Positions 18,322 through 28,932 of a DNA stretch of 64,000 nt are shown here, one piece after another. The notes under the pieces were generated by a model that was not told the origin of the DNA, made no database searches, and saw only the letters and a list, made by a program, of their open reading frames with translations. The stretch comes from a virus. Lineage: Duplodnaviria; Caudoviricetes. The stretch lies in IMG/VR virus record IMGVR_UViG_3300035182_001152, one strand, 5' to 3'. Position 1 is the stretch's first letter. Each line of letters opens with the position of its first letter. The position numbers were made by a program, and so were the translations under genes.

Positions 18322-19187
18322 CGTCCGAGAATATCCCTGACCTTTGCCGCCTTGGCAGCCTTCATCGCCTTCTCTTCAGGAGTATCGATTCCACTAATTA
18401 CAGCCTTGCCTGAGGCATCACGCTTGAATAGCGCACCCTTCTTTTCGGGTTTCTGGATCGATCCAAAGGTATTCTTGACAATCGTTTGAGCAATTTGACG
18501 CGGGTCAAATTCCTCTTCTTCAGTGTCTGTATCGTTTGGGAGAACGCGCCCTTGTTGAGGCTCCGGATCAGTTGTTTCGCCAGGAGTTACAGACGACGCG
18601 ATATCATCCAACCGTGAATGATCGATTTGCTCATCGTCAGCCTCAGTGCCAGGCGTCTTTGCTGAGGATGTATGCACAGTCTCAGGTTCAAATTCAGGCG
18701 TTAGGTGGGCATTAGAGGGTGGAGCATATCCCATGCTATCCGGGCCATCTTCCTTGACAACCACCTTCTCTTCTTTCTTGTCTACCTTCTTTTCCTTTTT
18801 AGCTGGTTTGTCCTCTTCTTGCTTGACCTTGAACGATGTTGTCACCGTCGGCTTCGGTCCAGATGAGGTAGCAAATTTCACGGATGGGTCAACGATAAAC
18901 GAGACAGTACCCTGCGCAGGCTCAAAGTAATAGCCATCTACGACAACTTCTACATGGAAAGGAACGTCTGTTCCTTTAATGTGCGTCAAGGGTGGTAGCT
19001 TAGCAACCCACATATGCTTGCCCTCAGCGCGAACGCACCGATAAGCACAATCACAACCCTGTGCTTCATTCGTTAGCACGAACTTGACCATTGGCAGATT
19101 CTTGTCGTCCAGTCCTTGGATAATGACTTCAAATTCCAAGTCGCTGCTTTTGGTAGGATTTAACTTGATGGTGGATGCTTCAGACAT
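18318..19187 (-). CDS. Hypothetical late protein, beta-rich N-terminus and acidic disordered C-terminus
   Basis: 289-aa ORF with SD and late promoter at 19205-19211. Confidence 0.75.
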   Translation of the reverse strand: MSEASTIKLNPTKSSDLEFEVIIQGLDDKNLPMVKFVLTNEAQGCDCAYRCVRAEGKHMWVAKLPPLTHIKGTDVPFHVEVVVDGYYFEPAQGTVSFIVDPSVKFATSSGPKPTVTTSFKVKQEEDKPAKKEKKVDKKEEKVVVKEDGPDSMGYAPPSNAHLTPEFEPETVHTSSAKTPGTEADDEQIDHSRLDDIASSVTPGETTDPEPQQGRVLPNDTDTEEEEFDPRQIAQTIVKNTFGSIQKPEKKGALFKRDASGKAVISGIDTPEEKAMKAAKAAKVRDILGR

Positions 19188-19203
19188 AGTGACCTCTTTG
19201 CGG

Positions 19204-19617
19204 TTATTTATCGCGACGCGTGAACACCGCTGTCACGCGCTTCACGGCATGCCGCATTTGGTTAACGCCAACAGTTACGCGCGAAGATACAGCGTTAACA
19301 ATGTTGATCACCTTGACCACAATGTCAGCCTTTGCGCTATCGATCACGTACGCGCGCCTCCAAGCTGGCCGTTCCTTGAACTTGACAGTAATCTGCACCT
19401 GCTTGGTCTTAGCTGACACCTTTTTTGGCCAGGGGACGTAGATCCCCGGGTGAACCGCAAAGCTGCCGCCGCCGCCGCCAGAGCCACCCTCGGGAGGAAC
19501 GATCACTTCGATCTTACATACAAACAACCCAAAGCCCATGGTTAGCATCCCGCAACATGCAGGCATGCCTAGACCTTTGGTAATTAAGCCACTGTAAGAG
19601 TTTTTGAAGAGAGCCAT
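19204..19617 (-). CDS. Hypothetical protein
   Basis: ATG overlaps TAA of upstream gene (start MALFKNSYSG). Confidence 0.65.
   Translation of the reverse strand: MALFKNSYSGLITKGLGMPACCGMLTMGFGLFVCKIEVIVPPEGGSGGGGGSFAVHPGIYVPWPKKVSAKTKQVQITVKFKERPAWRRAYVIDSAKADIVVKVINIVNAVSSRVTVGVNQMRHAVKRVTAVFTRRDK
19205..19211 (-). promoter_or_regulatory. Late promoter (ATAAATA, minus strand)
   Basis: TATTTAT on + strand, overlapping stop of upstream gene. Confidence 0.65.
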
Positions 19618-20195
19618 TATGCCGGCATGCGTTCGCAAACCTCTTGAACGCTCGGCATTCCGTTGAAGTCGCGCAGATTGAAAGTTGTTAGCGGAGTCGT
19701 TCCGTCATCGTCGTAGATGATCAATTGAGCAGCATTGACATCGATCTTCGTGCGATTACGTTCATACTTTAGCAACGTATTGAGAAGCAGAGTCATCGTA
19801 GATTCGGAAATCAAAATTCCCGCTGTATCCGCTTTGATTTGCGATAGCATCAAGCCAGTTGTGCCGGTAGCGACGTGCGATGTGGTTGGTTCTTCCCATA
19901 CAGCTGGTGCAATATCTTCGACGTGGCTTTCATTACCACCAACGCGATACCGCTCCATTACCGGCAAGGAACTGCCGCCATCGAACGTAAATACATAGTT
20001 CTTTGTTGGATCGTAGCTTGAAAAATCATAGCGGTACCAACCACCACCAATTTCCGTTGTCGCACCCGCCGTCACAATATGCGTGTTCAAAGAAGGGTTT
20101 GAGCCGTCTAGCTGGTAGATATCGATAGTTGGCGTCAACCCTGGCTGTGAATAACCGCCATTTGTGAAGTGTACTGTAATGATCTTGCTTGGCAT
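19617..20195 (-). CDS. Hypothetical (probable virion) protein
   Basis: 192 aa; AAGGAAG SD; late promoter at 20217-20223. Confidence 0.75.
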   Translation of the reverse strand: MPSKIITVHFTNGGYSQPGLTPTIDIYQLDGSNPSLNTHIVTAGATTEIGGGWYRYDFSSYDPTKNYVFTFDGGSSLPVMERYRVGGNESHVEDIAPAVWEEPTTSHVATGTTGLMLSQIKADTAGILISESTMTLLLNTLLKYERNRTKIDVNAAQLIIYDDDGTTPLTTFNLRDFNGMPSVQEVCERMPA

Positions 20196-20216
20196 GTGCT
20201 TCCTTGATTGTTACAA

Positions 20217-20268
20217 TATTTATGTCGCGGATTCGTCTTCAACCCGTGAAGTCAGCGCTACATAAATA
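20217..20268. promoter_or_regulatory. Divergent pair of late promoters
   Basis: TATTTAT (minus) at 20217-20223 and ATAAATA (plus) at 20262-20268. Confidence 0.7.
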
Positions 20269-20294
20269 CACCATTCTGAAGGCTCCCCCTAATA

Positions 20295-20936
20295 ATGAGT
20301 GTAATTGTAGCCCAGCCAGCCAGCAGTGGTTCCACCTCCGGTTCAGGCTCTAACCCAACGCTGTACGCAGACCACCCTGTATCGCCATCGCTGCCTGCAG
20401 CGGGTGGCGATAACTCCATTGCTTTGGGATCTGGCGCAGTTACGGAATCGGGTGCTACAGGTGCAATTGCAATCGGTAATCAGTCGCTGGCTCGGTTACC
20501 AGGGTCGGAAGTATTCGCTAGCGGTCGCTTTGGTAGTCTTGGTGACGCCCAAGCTGGCAAATACATGCTGCGAGCTGTATCAACCAACGGCTTTCCAACA
20601 CAGCTGTATCTTAACGGCACAACCGGACAACAACTCACCCTCACAGATGACTCCACCTGGACGTTCACAGTCACGGTAACGGGCCACCGTCAAGATGTCA
20701 GCGACGGACACGCTGGATTCAAAGCAGAGGGCGTTGTCTATCGCCAATCAGGTGCAAATACAGTTTCTTTGCAGGGGAATCCTACAATAAGCGTGTTAGG
20801 ACGTAGTGATCAGCAGTGGAGCATAAATATCGGTACAGACACGACCAGTGGCAGCTTGACCATCAATGTAGTGGGTCAAGCGGGGAAAATTATCCGCTGG
20901 GTAGCACTTGTCGAAACACTTGAGGTAACCAACTAA
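20295..20936 (+). CDS. Short fibre/tip protein, paralog of the C-terminal domain of 20936..23566
   Basis: YadA-like SIALGSGA/AIAIGNQS repeats; GDAQAG...IRWVALVETLEVTN matches GDAQTG...IRWVACVQTTEVTN. Confidence 0.7.
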   Translation: MSVIVAQPASSGSTSGSGSNPTLYADHPVSPSLPAAGGDNSIALGSGAVTESGATGAIAIGNQSLARLPGSEVFASGRFGSLGDAQAGKYMLRAVSTNGFPTQLYLNGTTGQQLTLTDDSTWTFTVTVTGHRQDVSDGHAGFKAEGVVYRQSGANTVSLQGNPTISVLGRSDQQWSINIGTDTTSGSLTINVVGQAGKIIRWVALVETLEVTN

Positions 20937-23566
20937 TGAATTTCAATCACGACTCGGGTGTAATTGATACCCTACAAACCCTCGACGTATCATCAACCCC
21001 TCCACTAGGTGGAACAGCAGGTGTTCTATCGATCATCGGTACGGGATCGGTTGTGATGCCTGTTGGTACTACAGCCCAGCGTCCTGCTAACGCCGCTGGT
21101 CAACTGCGCTACAACTCAGACAACTCCGCACTGGAATTCAACACAGGTTCGGCGTGGTCAATGCTGTCGACTGGTGGTGGTACCGTCTCCAGCGTCACCG
21201 TAACTACCACGACTGGCATGCAAGTCAGTGGTGGTACAACACAGACCATTACTGGTACTGGTACGTTTGCCCTCACGCTGAACACTGAACTGCAGGGTCT
21301 ATCAGGCCTTGCAGCAGCTGGTATGGTAGCCCGCACCGGTACAGGTACATATTCTCCGCGCACGATCACGGGCACGGCAAGCAACATCACGGTTACTAAC
21401 GGCGATGGTGTGGCCGGCGCCCCTACGATCGACTTGGCTACCGTCACTCAGGGTTCAACGGGTACCTCGTTCGTTAAGGTCCAGCTGGATACCAAGGGTC
21501 GTGTCATCAACAATACCGCTGTTGTAGCGGGTGATATCACTGCCCTCGTTGACGCAACATACGTTAACGTATCCGGCGACTCCATGTCGTCTGCCGCCAA
21601 CCTGACGTTCTCGGGTGGTGGTGAAGTTCTCGGCCTTCCAGCCGTCCCAACAACTTCAGGTTCTGCAGCTTCCAAGGCCTATGTTGACGCAGTTGCCCAA
21701 GGCTTGGATGCAAAGGCATCCGTTCGCGTTGCAACAACCGCTGCGGGTACTCTTGCAACTTCGTTCGCTAACGGTCAGACAGTTGACGGTATTACTCTGG
21801 TAACAGGTGACCGTATTCTGATTAAGAACCAATCGACTCCTGCTGAAAACGGTATCTACACGGTCGCGGCATCGGGTGCACCAACGCGTGCAATCGATAT
21901 GGATAACTGGACAGAAGTTCCAGGCGCATACACATTCGTCGAAGTTGGTACAACGAACGCCGACACAGCATGGGTGTGCACATCTGACCAAGGCGGCACG
22001 CTGGGTACTACAGCAATCACATTCGTTCAGTTTGGTGGCGTTGGTACATACACTGCTGGTACAGGTTTGACGCTAACAGGCACTCAGTTCTCGTTGACAT
22101 CACCTGTCACAATCGCCCTTGGTGGTACCGGTCTAACGACTACTCCTGCAAACGGTGCAATCGACATCGGTAACGGTACAAACTTCACACGTACCACGCT
22201 GACCCAAGGCACAGGTATTACGATCACCAACGGTGCTGGCTCGATCACGATCGCTAACGCAGGCGTGACATCAATCACTGGTACGGCTAACCAAATCACT
22301 GCATCTGCATCAACCGGTGCTGTTACACTTAGCCTGCCTTCTGCTATTACAGCACCTGGCTCGTTGACGGTTACAACCAACTTGACTGTATCTGGTCTGA
22401 CGGCTAACGCTTTCGTGTACTCCGGTACAGCTGGTCTGCTGACAGCAACTGCCGCTCCTACGAACGGTCAATTGCTGATCGGTTCAACTGGTGCTGCTCC
22501 TGTCGCAGCAGCGCTGACGCAGGGTACGGGTATTACGATCACTAACGCCGCTGGTTCAATCACAGTTGCTAACGCAGGTGTAACGTCATTCTCTGCTGGT
22601 ACAACTGGTCTGACGCCTAGCACGGGTACAACCGGCGCTATCACACTAGCGGGTACGCTTGCCGTAGCAAACGGCGGTACAGGCTTGACAACAACGCCTA
22701 CCAACGGTCAAATTGACATCGGTAACGGTACGAACTTCACACGTACCACAATCACTCAAGGTACCGGCATCTCCGTAACCAACGGCGCTGGCTCGATCAC
22801 GATTGCAAACACTGGTGTAACTTCTGTTGCTCTGGCGCTGCCATCATTCATCACTGTATCTGGCTCCCCTGTTACAACGACAGGTACTTTGACGGGTAAT
22901 TTGGCCTCACAATCGGCAAACACGGTGTTTATCGCACCTAACGGTTCTGCTGGTGCTCCAACGTTCCGTACACTGGCATATGCTGATTTGCCCGTTAAGC
23001 TGTACGCAGAAAACCCATCATCACCTACGGCACCTACAGCTGCTGGTACAAACACCATTGCCCTTGGCTCAGGCGCGTCAGCCCCTGCTGCAGGTGCGAT
23101 CGCACTGGGTGATGGTTCAAGCGGTTACTTGCAAGGCGCTACCGTCAACGCAAACGGTAAGTTTGCGACTGCGGGCGATGCACAGACAGGTCTGTATGTT
23201 CTGCGCAACAGCACAACGACAGCGACACAAACAGAATTGTTTATCGACGGCTCTGCTGCTCGATTGGTTCTGCCAAACAACTCACTGTGGACCTTCCGTA
23301 TTACGGTTGCTGCTCGTCGTACGGACGCAACCGGTGGCGGCGCAGGCTACACAATCGACGGTGTAATCCGCAAGGATACCACCGCTGCTTCGACAACGAT
23401 CGTTGGCGCAATCTCCAAGGCTGTGCTGGGTGAAACCAACGCGGCTTGGGACGTCACCGCTTCTGCAGATACCACGAACGGTTCTCTGAAGGTGGCGGTC
23501 ACGGGTGAAGCTGCCAAGACGATTCGTTGGGTTGCATGTGTACAAACGACAGAAGTGACCAACTAA
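20936..23566 (+). CDS. Long tail fibre/whisker-like protein
   Basis: G/T/A/S-rich repeats; LDAKASVRVATT...DRILIKNQ...ENGIY module common in phage fibres; ASKAYVD. Confidence 0.8.
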   Translation: MNFNHDSGVIDTLQTLDVSSTPPLGGTAGVLSIIGTGSVVMPVGTTAQRPANAAGQLRYNSDNSALEFNTGSAWSMLSTGGGTVSSVTVTTTTGMQVSGGTTQTITGTGTFALTLNTELQGLSGLAAAGMVARTGTGTYSPRTITGTASNITVTNGDGVAGAPTIDLATVTQGSTGTSFVKVQLDTKGRVINNTAVVAGDITALVDATYVNVSGDSMSSAANLTFSGGGEVLGLPAVPTTSGSAASKAYVDAVAQGLDAKASVRVATTAAGTLATSFANGQTVDGITLVTGDRILIKNQSTPAENGIYTVAASGAPTRAIDMDNWTEVPGAYTFVEVGTTNADTAWVCTSDQGGTLGTTAITFVQFGGVGTYTAGTGLTLTGTQFSLTSPVTIALGGTGLTTTPANGAIDIGNGTNFTRTTLTQGTGITITNGAGSITIANAGVTSITGTANQITASASTGAVTLSLPSAITAPGSLTVTTNLTVSGLTANAFVYSGTAGLLTATAAPTNGQLLIGSTGAAPVAAALTQGTGITITNAAGSITVANAGVTSFSAGTTGLTPSTGTTGAITLAGTLAVANGGTGLTTTPTNGQIDIGNGTNFTRTTITQGTGISVTNGAGSITIANTGVTSVALALPSFITVSGSPVTTTGTLTGNLASQSANTVFIAPNGSAGAPTFRTLAYADLPVKLYAENPSSPTAPTAAGTNTIALGSGASAPAAGAIALGDGSSGYLQGATVNANGKFATAGDAQTGLYVLRNSTTTATQTELFIDGSAARLVLPNNSLWTFRITVAARRTDATGGGAGYTIDGVIRKDTTAASTTIVGAISKAVLGETNAAWDVTASADTTNGSLKVAVTGEAAKTIRWVACVQTTEVTN

Positions 23567-24667
23567 TGAGATAACTCATGGATTTTGATCACAGTTTTGA
23601 CACGATCTCACCAGATAACATCGCATATTTGTCCATTGGAGGTGTGGGGGGACTCACACTTCCAAGTGGATCGACAGTCCAGCGTCCAGGCACACCCGTA
23701 AACGGTCTGATCCGATACAACAACACGGACAACGTCTACGACTTGTACCAACAAGGTGCATGGCACCGGATGATGGTGGTTCGTGACTTCTCAACGACGG
23801 GTATTACTGCGGCAGGTACTACGCAGGGTACAGCTACGGCAATTTCATCGCTGATTAACGTAGTGAGTAGCGGCATTGGTGGTTCTGGTGTGATTCTGCC
23901 AACGCCGCAGCCTGGTGATATTCTAATGGTCGTTAACGGCACGGGCGTGGCAATCAACGTCTATCCACCAAGTGGTGGTGCCCTAGCTAACTTGGGCACA
24001 AACGTTGCATTCTCGCAATCAGCAACAACTGTTGCCACGTGGGTCGCTCAATCAGCTAGTCAGTACCAACTGCAAAGCTACGTTGGTACTTCACCAGCAA
24101 CGGTTACGTCGGTTGACGTATCAGGTGGTACGACTGGCCTAACAACTTCTGGCGGCCCGATTACCACATCAGGCACAATTACGCTGGCAGGTACTCTGGG
24201 TGTTGCTAACGGCGGCACCGGTTTAACAACATCACCCACAAACGGTGCTCTCGACATCGGCAACGGCACAGGCTTTGTTCGCACTACCCTGACACAGGGT
24301 ACGGGTATTACGATCACCAACGCCGCCGGTTCAATCACAATTGCTAACGCAGGCGTAACGTCAGTCACCGGCACGGCTAACCAAATCACTACATCTGCAT
24401 CAACTGGTGCAGTTACGCTCAGCCTGCCATCAGCGGTAACTGCACCAGGATCACTGACAGTTACAACCAACTTGACGGTGTCTGGCCTTACAGCTAACTC
24501 GTTCCTGTATTCCGGTGCGGCAGGGTTGTTGTCAACTACAGCGGCACCGACAAACGGCCAATTGTTGATCGGTTCAACGGGTGCGGCACCCGTTGCGGCG
24601 ACGCTGACTCAAGGTCCTGGTATCACAATTACCAATGCTGCGGGATCGATTACGATCGCCAATTCCG
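22120..24667 (+). repeat. Duplicated ~460-bp coding block shared by the two long fibre genes (about 22120-22580 and 24211-24667)
   Basis: GGTGLTTxPxNGAxDIGNGTxFxRTTLTQGTGITITN...TAAPTNGQLLIGSTGAAPVAAxLTQGxGITITNAAGSITxAN in both. Confidence 0.85.
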
Positions 24668-26271
24668 GGGCAGCCTCTGTGGTAGGTACTGCAAACCAAA
24701 TCACAGCCGCCACATCATCAGGTGCTGTCATCCTGTCACTACCTGCAGCGGTAATAATGCCAGGCACACTGACGGCAAACACCCTCAGTTCGTCAGGCGC
24801 AACAATTACTGGCGGCACAATCAATGGTACAACGATCGGCGCAACAACCCCATCTACGGGTGCATTTACGTCTGTATCGGTCGGCACTCTTGGATACAGC
24901 CCAACAAACGTAGCTGCATCATTTGCAGGAAGCATTGCAGGTAGCTCACAGGTCGTACACCAAAATACCAGCGCAGGTACAACATCATCAACTGACATTG
25001 TTGTTGCTAACAATGCAGCTACAACAACGACCAATTTTGGCAAGTTTGGCATCAATTCATCCGCTTTTGCTGGTAGTTCAAACTCATTCGGGTTGGCGAC
25101 AGCAACGTACGTAGCTGCAACCTCAGGTGACCTAGTACTGGGTACGACCACGTCTAACGTAATTCGTTTTGTCACTGCTGGCGCATCGGTTGACTGGTTT
25201 GGTATCGGCGCTGATGGACAGTGGAATATTGGTGGCAGTGCAGGCACATCTGGCTTTGTATTCACGTCTGGTGGTTCAGCGGCGGCACCAACGTGGACTA
25301 ACCCCGCAACATTGGTGCCGCCAGGCGGTACGGCTAGCGCCATTCAGTACAATAACGGTACGGGTGGATTTGGTGGGTCGAGCACGTTCACATACAACGG
25401 TTCCGGTCTGATGTCCATTCTCAGCAGCTCTGCTACAATTCTGATGCAGGATGTTAGCGCTGATCCGTCAGCGCCAGCCGCAGGTAATGGTTACCATTAT
25501 GTTAAAGATATGGCATCGCGCCTCGTCCCCATGTGGATGGGTCCGGACGGATTGGCCAACGTAACCCAGCGCTCTCACGCCTACTCGAGTTTTTACCTGA
25601 TTCGCCCCAACGGCGCTACTACGGGTATGGTTAGCATTGGCACGGGTAGCACGATCGTTGGCACATTGACAACCCCCGCTCAGACGTCTACTAACGTCAA
25701 AACGTCTATGGCCCGCACGCTAGTCACCTCCTCTGCTACTACTGCTGGTACACTGGTATCCCTCCGTACAACCAACGCAATGTTGTGGCGTGGTAATGCT
25801 GCTGGTCTTGGTGGCTTTGAATTTGTTGGTCGTTTTGGACTGGATACCGTGGTATCCGCGAATCGCGCGTTCTTCGGCATTGCTGACGTTGTAACCGCAC
25901 CAACTAACATCGATCCGACTACGTCGACTACCCCCGGCAAAATCGGAATGGCGATCAACACCAACACTGGTAACTGGAACCTTGTTAACAACGTAACGGG
26001 TACTGCACCGACGGTGTTAGCCTTGGGTATCAACTTCCCTGTTGATACCACAACAGAATTCGAATTGGCGTTGTACTGCCCACCTAACGGTAGTGCGATT
26101 GGTTACCGCATCACCAACTTGACAACGAGATCGGTGACGACGGGTAGCTTAACAACCAACATTCCCGCCACCACCACGTTCTTGGCACCATGGATCTTCA
26201 TGACCAACAACACCACAACAGCGACGTTTGCAATGAACATTGCAAACATTGCAATGGAGTCATACATATGA
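23578..26271 (+). CDS. Long tail fibre/whisker-like protein
   Basis: N-terminal LPSGSTVQRP...GLIRYN shared with 20936; shares ~150-aa internal block; distinct C-terminal beta domain. Confidence 0.8.
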   Translation: MDFDHSFDTISPDNIAYLSIGGVGGLTLPSGSTVQRPGTPVNGLIRYNNTDNVYDLYQQGAWHRMMVVRDFSTTGITAAGTTQGTATAISSLINVVSSGIGGSGVILPTPQPGDILMVVNGTGVAINVYPPSGGALANLGTNVAFSQSATTVATWVAQSASQYQLQSYVGTSPATVTSVDVSGGTTGLTTSGGPITTSGTITLAGTLGVANGGTGLTTSPTNGALDIGNGTGFVRTTLTQGTGITITNAAGSITIANAGVTSVTGTANQITTSASTGAVTLSLPSAVTAPGSLTVTTNLTVSGLTANSFLYSGAAGLLSTTAAPTNGQLLIGSTGAAPVAATLTQGPGITITNAAGSITIANSGAASVVGTANQITAATSSGAVILSLPAAVIMPGTLTANTLSSSGATITGGTINGTTIGATTPSTGAFTSVSVGTLGYSPTNVAASFAGSIAGSSQVVHQNTSAGTTSSTDIVVANNAATTTTNFGKFGINSSAFAGSSNSFGLATATYVAATSGDLVLGTTTSNVIRFVTAGASVDWFGIGADGQWNIGGSAGTSGFVFTSGGSAAAPTWTNPATLVPPGGTASAIQYNNGTGGFGGSSTFTYNGSGLMSILSSSATILMQDVSADPSAPAAGNGYHYVKDMASRLVPMWMGPDGLANVTQRSHAYSSFYLIRPNGATTGMVSIGTGSTIVGTLTTPAQTSTNVKTSMARTLVTSSATTAGTLVSLRTTNAMLWRGNAAGLGGFEFVGRFGLDTVVSANRAFFGIADVVTAPTNIDPTTSTTPGKIGMAINTNTGNWNLVNNVTGTAPTVLALGINFPVDTTTEFELALYCPPNGSAIGYRITNLTTRSVTTGSLTTNIPATTTFLAPWIFMTNNTTTATFAMNIANIAMESYI

Positions 26272-26880
26272 ACATCAATTTTCAGTAGGGGATTATTGCT
26301 TACCTTGGCTCTGGCTCATTGCAGCCATTCTTGACGTATTCTAGTGGCTATGTGTGCAAATGGACACGTTGATGCCACTCTTGCAAATGGTTCCAACAGC
26401 TATCTGATCACAGAATCGACAAGTGTGCCTAATGCGTGGTGCCCCCTTCCTGCAAATACCGACTGCTACTGAAATCATTGCTGATTGGCCTACATATAGC
26501 GCACAAGCTCTTGTGCTCTGGACGGGTGTCGTACCCTGGCTGCACAACACTCTTCGGGGTAAGTTGTGAGGCTGGCCTGTACAACTAGTTGCAACCCCTC
26601 ACGTGCTACACAGTAGTGGGTTACCACATTCCCGTCATCATTAGCGGGGAAATTTAACACGTTGCGTACGAACCGAATCCGCCAGTGGGCTACCCAGCTT
26701 AACAATAGCGCCACCAGTGGTGTTCTGCATTCAGGCGTAATCGCTACGCTCCCAACGCAGCTGCAAACGGGCGGATCCACAGCGCGGACAAACATAGTCT
26801 CCACCCCCGCCATTCACGCTATCGGGCGCACACGCATAAACTCTTGCTCGAGCCCTCCTCATTTAGCTACCTGCAGATAA
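26268..26880 (+). pseudogene. Decayed paralog of the downstream gene 26914
   Basis: ATGA-coupled start MNINFQ*GIIA aligns with MRISFRQGIVA; DATLANGSNSYLITESTSVPNAW aligns with IAFADGAANYMLSERLTIHSAW; several stops and frameshifts; 3' limit approximate. Confidence 0.7.
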
Positions 26881-26883
26881 ATA
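26877..26883 (+). promoter_or_regulatory. Late promoter (ATAAATA)
   Basis: CAGATAAATA upstream of 26914 with AGGAG SD. Confidence 0.7.
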
Positions 26884-26913
26884 CTGGATCACGATATCTC
26901 CAGGAGAGTCTCC

Positions 26914-28239
26914 ATGCGTATTTCATTCCGCCAAGGTATTGTTGCAGCCCCATCAGGTTTCCTGACACTCAACAATAACACTGTCGACTTGACGATTCCT
27001 TCCCCAGACCTTGCAATCATTGCATTTGCAGATGGCGCTGCCAACTATATGCTATCGGAGCGTCTGACGATTCACAGCGCTTGGCAAGGCCCATTTACTG
27101 CAGGCTCAACCTCATACTGGTTGTACTGGGACATCAACACTACCACTGGTCAGCGCACTTTTGGCCACACGACAATTCAGCCGGTCGATGGCTCATCAGC
27201 TCCACAGAACCCCGTCAACGATCAGCATTGGTTTGACACCGTAGCAAACAAGATGAAGGTGTGGAACTCAACGGCAGGCCGCTGGATTCCAAAGATTCGT
27301 GTGTTTGCCGCTAAGCTGGCAGGCGGCTCTGTCTTCGTCAGCGTTAGCCAAAACTCTCCACAATTCACGGGTACACAAGTCGGTGCTTTCGTCAACGTCC
27401 CAACGTCAATTGGCGCACTGATTTTCGACATCAACGGTGATCCAATCAAGCGTGGAAACGCCTTCTTTACCACTGAAGACGTCACTGTTGCAGGTGTGGC
27501 ATCGGCAGCACAGGTCAAACTTGGCGCGATCATGATTCAGGCTGTTGCTACAAGCAACATTCCGGCGTATAGCATCGTCAACTTCACTGACTTCAACAAA
27601 GTTAGCCTTGCAACCAATGTCGTGATGAGCTCTGGTGCATATGGTATGATTGAAGTTGACGCCATCACCGGCGATATCGTTAATGTTGCTCTGGAAGGAG
27701 TGATTTCCAACCCACTGTGGGACTGGACGAGTGCGGGTGTGAATGCTCCTCTGTATGTCAGCTTGAACGGCACGTTGACAGCGACACCGCCTCCTAGCCC
27801 GGTAGTTGTTGCTACAGTAGTTGATAAGAACACAATTCTGCTGCGCTCAGCAATCACCACGGTTACAATTGATGGTGGCGGTGCTGGTGGCTCCCTGACC
27901 GTGAAGGACGAAAGCTCCAACGTGGTAACAGGAACAACGTCGATTAACTTCGTTGGTCCCAACATTACAGCGTCGGCTGGCGGTGCTGGTGCAGCTGTTG
28001 TGACGGTCACAACACCAGCGCCTAAGTATGATTCAATCATTGCGACTAACGGTCAAACGGTGTTCAACACTTCCGTATCCACTATCGCAAACGGGGGTGG
28101 TGTCAGCAAGCTGCAGGTCTACCGCAACGGAGTTCTGCAGCGTGAGGGTGGCTCATACACTGTTACTGGCGCAAACCAGATCACATTTACGGCAAACATC
28201 ATCACGAATGATGAGATTGCACTGTACTCATTCACCTAA
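26914..28239 (+). CDS. Virion structural/fibre-associated protein
   Basis: Trp repeat PVNDQHWFDT...KVWN; DUF2190-like middle region; C-terminal GQTVF...LQVYRNGVLQ...YT...ITF domain. Confidence 0.75.
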   Translation: MRISFRQGIVAAPSGFLTLNNNTVDLTIPSPDLAIIAFADGAANYMLSERLTIHSAWQGPFTAGSTSYWLYWDINTTTGQRTFGHTTIQPVDGSSAPQNPVNDQHWFDTVANKMKVWNSTAGRWIPKIRVFAAKLAGGSVFVSVSQNSPQFTGTQVGAFVNVPTSIGALIFDINGDPIKRGNAFFTTEDVTVAGVASAAQVKLGAIMIQAVATSNIPAYSIVNFTDFNKVSLATNVVMSSGAYGMIEVDAITGDIVNVALEGVISNPLWDWTSAGVNAPLYVSLNGTLTATPPPSPVVVATVVDKNTILLRSAITTVTIDGGGAGGSLTVKDESSNVVTGTTSINFVGPNITASAGGAGAAVVTVTTPAPKYDSIIATNGQTVFNTSVSTIANGGGVSKLQVYRNGVLQREGGSYTVTGANQITFTANIITNDEIALYSFT

Positions 28240-28253
28240 ACGACGGAACTAAC

Positions 28254-28931
28254 ATGTCACAACCATCAGGACCACAACACGCCATTGTAGGTAACCAAAT
28301 CTACATGTTCATTGATGAACTGGCGGATGTTACCATTACCAATCCCGTCAACACGCAGGTACTCACGTACCAAGGTGGAAGCTGGGTCAACGCGAACGCC
28401 CCATCAGGTGGAGGTGGAGGTGGAGGTGGTGGACTTGAACCTCCTCAGATCCAGCGCTTGACCTCTGCATCCGAAGCGCCGATGGATGGCACCAACTATT
28501 ACGCGTGGGATCCGTTTACTCAGGAACCGCCAATGGGCTACTCGAACTCCGCGTACGTTTCCTTGGATGAATACGGTCTGGCTCTCTTTTTCGACGTTGG
28601 TGGCACTTACTCTGTAAAGCTATTGTGCACAATTACAATCGATCAGTACAACAACGCACCAACAAAGCCAATCATGTATGGCACGTCCATTCCAAACGTC
28701 ACCACATACGGTTCGCCAGCTAAGAACCATTATCGCGCTGGCGCTGTTGCGGGGGATGATCTCAGTCGGAAGGTAATTTCTTGGGACGACGAATACATCG
28801 TGTTCGCAAATCCAGGCGATAACACTCTCGTTGAAGGCTTTGTGTTTGCTGATCCATCAGAACATTCGATTCTGTACCGGATGGATATCACACTTGTGGT
28901 TACGCGGCTAGGCAACTACATCTTGTCATAA
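28254..28931 (+). CDS. Fibre-associated protein with poly-Gly linker
   Basis: DELADVTITNPVNTQVLTYQGGSWVN fibre motif; 9-Gly run at 28407-28433. Confidence 0.65.
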   Translation: MSQPSGPQHAIVGNQIYMFIDELADVTITNPVNTQVLTYQGGSWVNANAPSGGGGGGGGGLEPPQIQRLTSASEAPMDGTNYYAWDPFTQEPPMGYSNSAYVSLDEYGLALFFDVGGTYSVKLLCTITIDQYNNAPTKPIMYGTSIPNVTTYGSPAKNHYRAGAVAGDDLSRKVISWDDEYIVFANPGDNTLVEGFVFADPSEHSILYRMDITLVVTRLGNYILS

Positions 28932-28932
28932 C

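Noticed and set aside
20936-26271. Duplicated fibre blocks as a diversity-generating retroelement TR/VR pair
   Set aside because: No reverse transcriptase in the window; differences are mostly synonymous and not adenine-specific; both copies are mid-gene
28407-28433. (GGTGGA)n simple repeat as a phase-variation tract
   Set aside because: In-frame hexamer encoding a Gly linker; copy changes would not shift the frame
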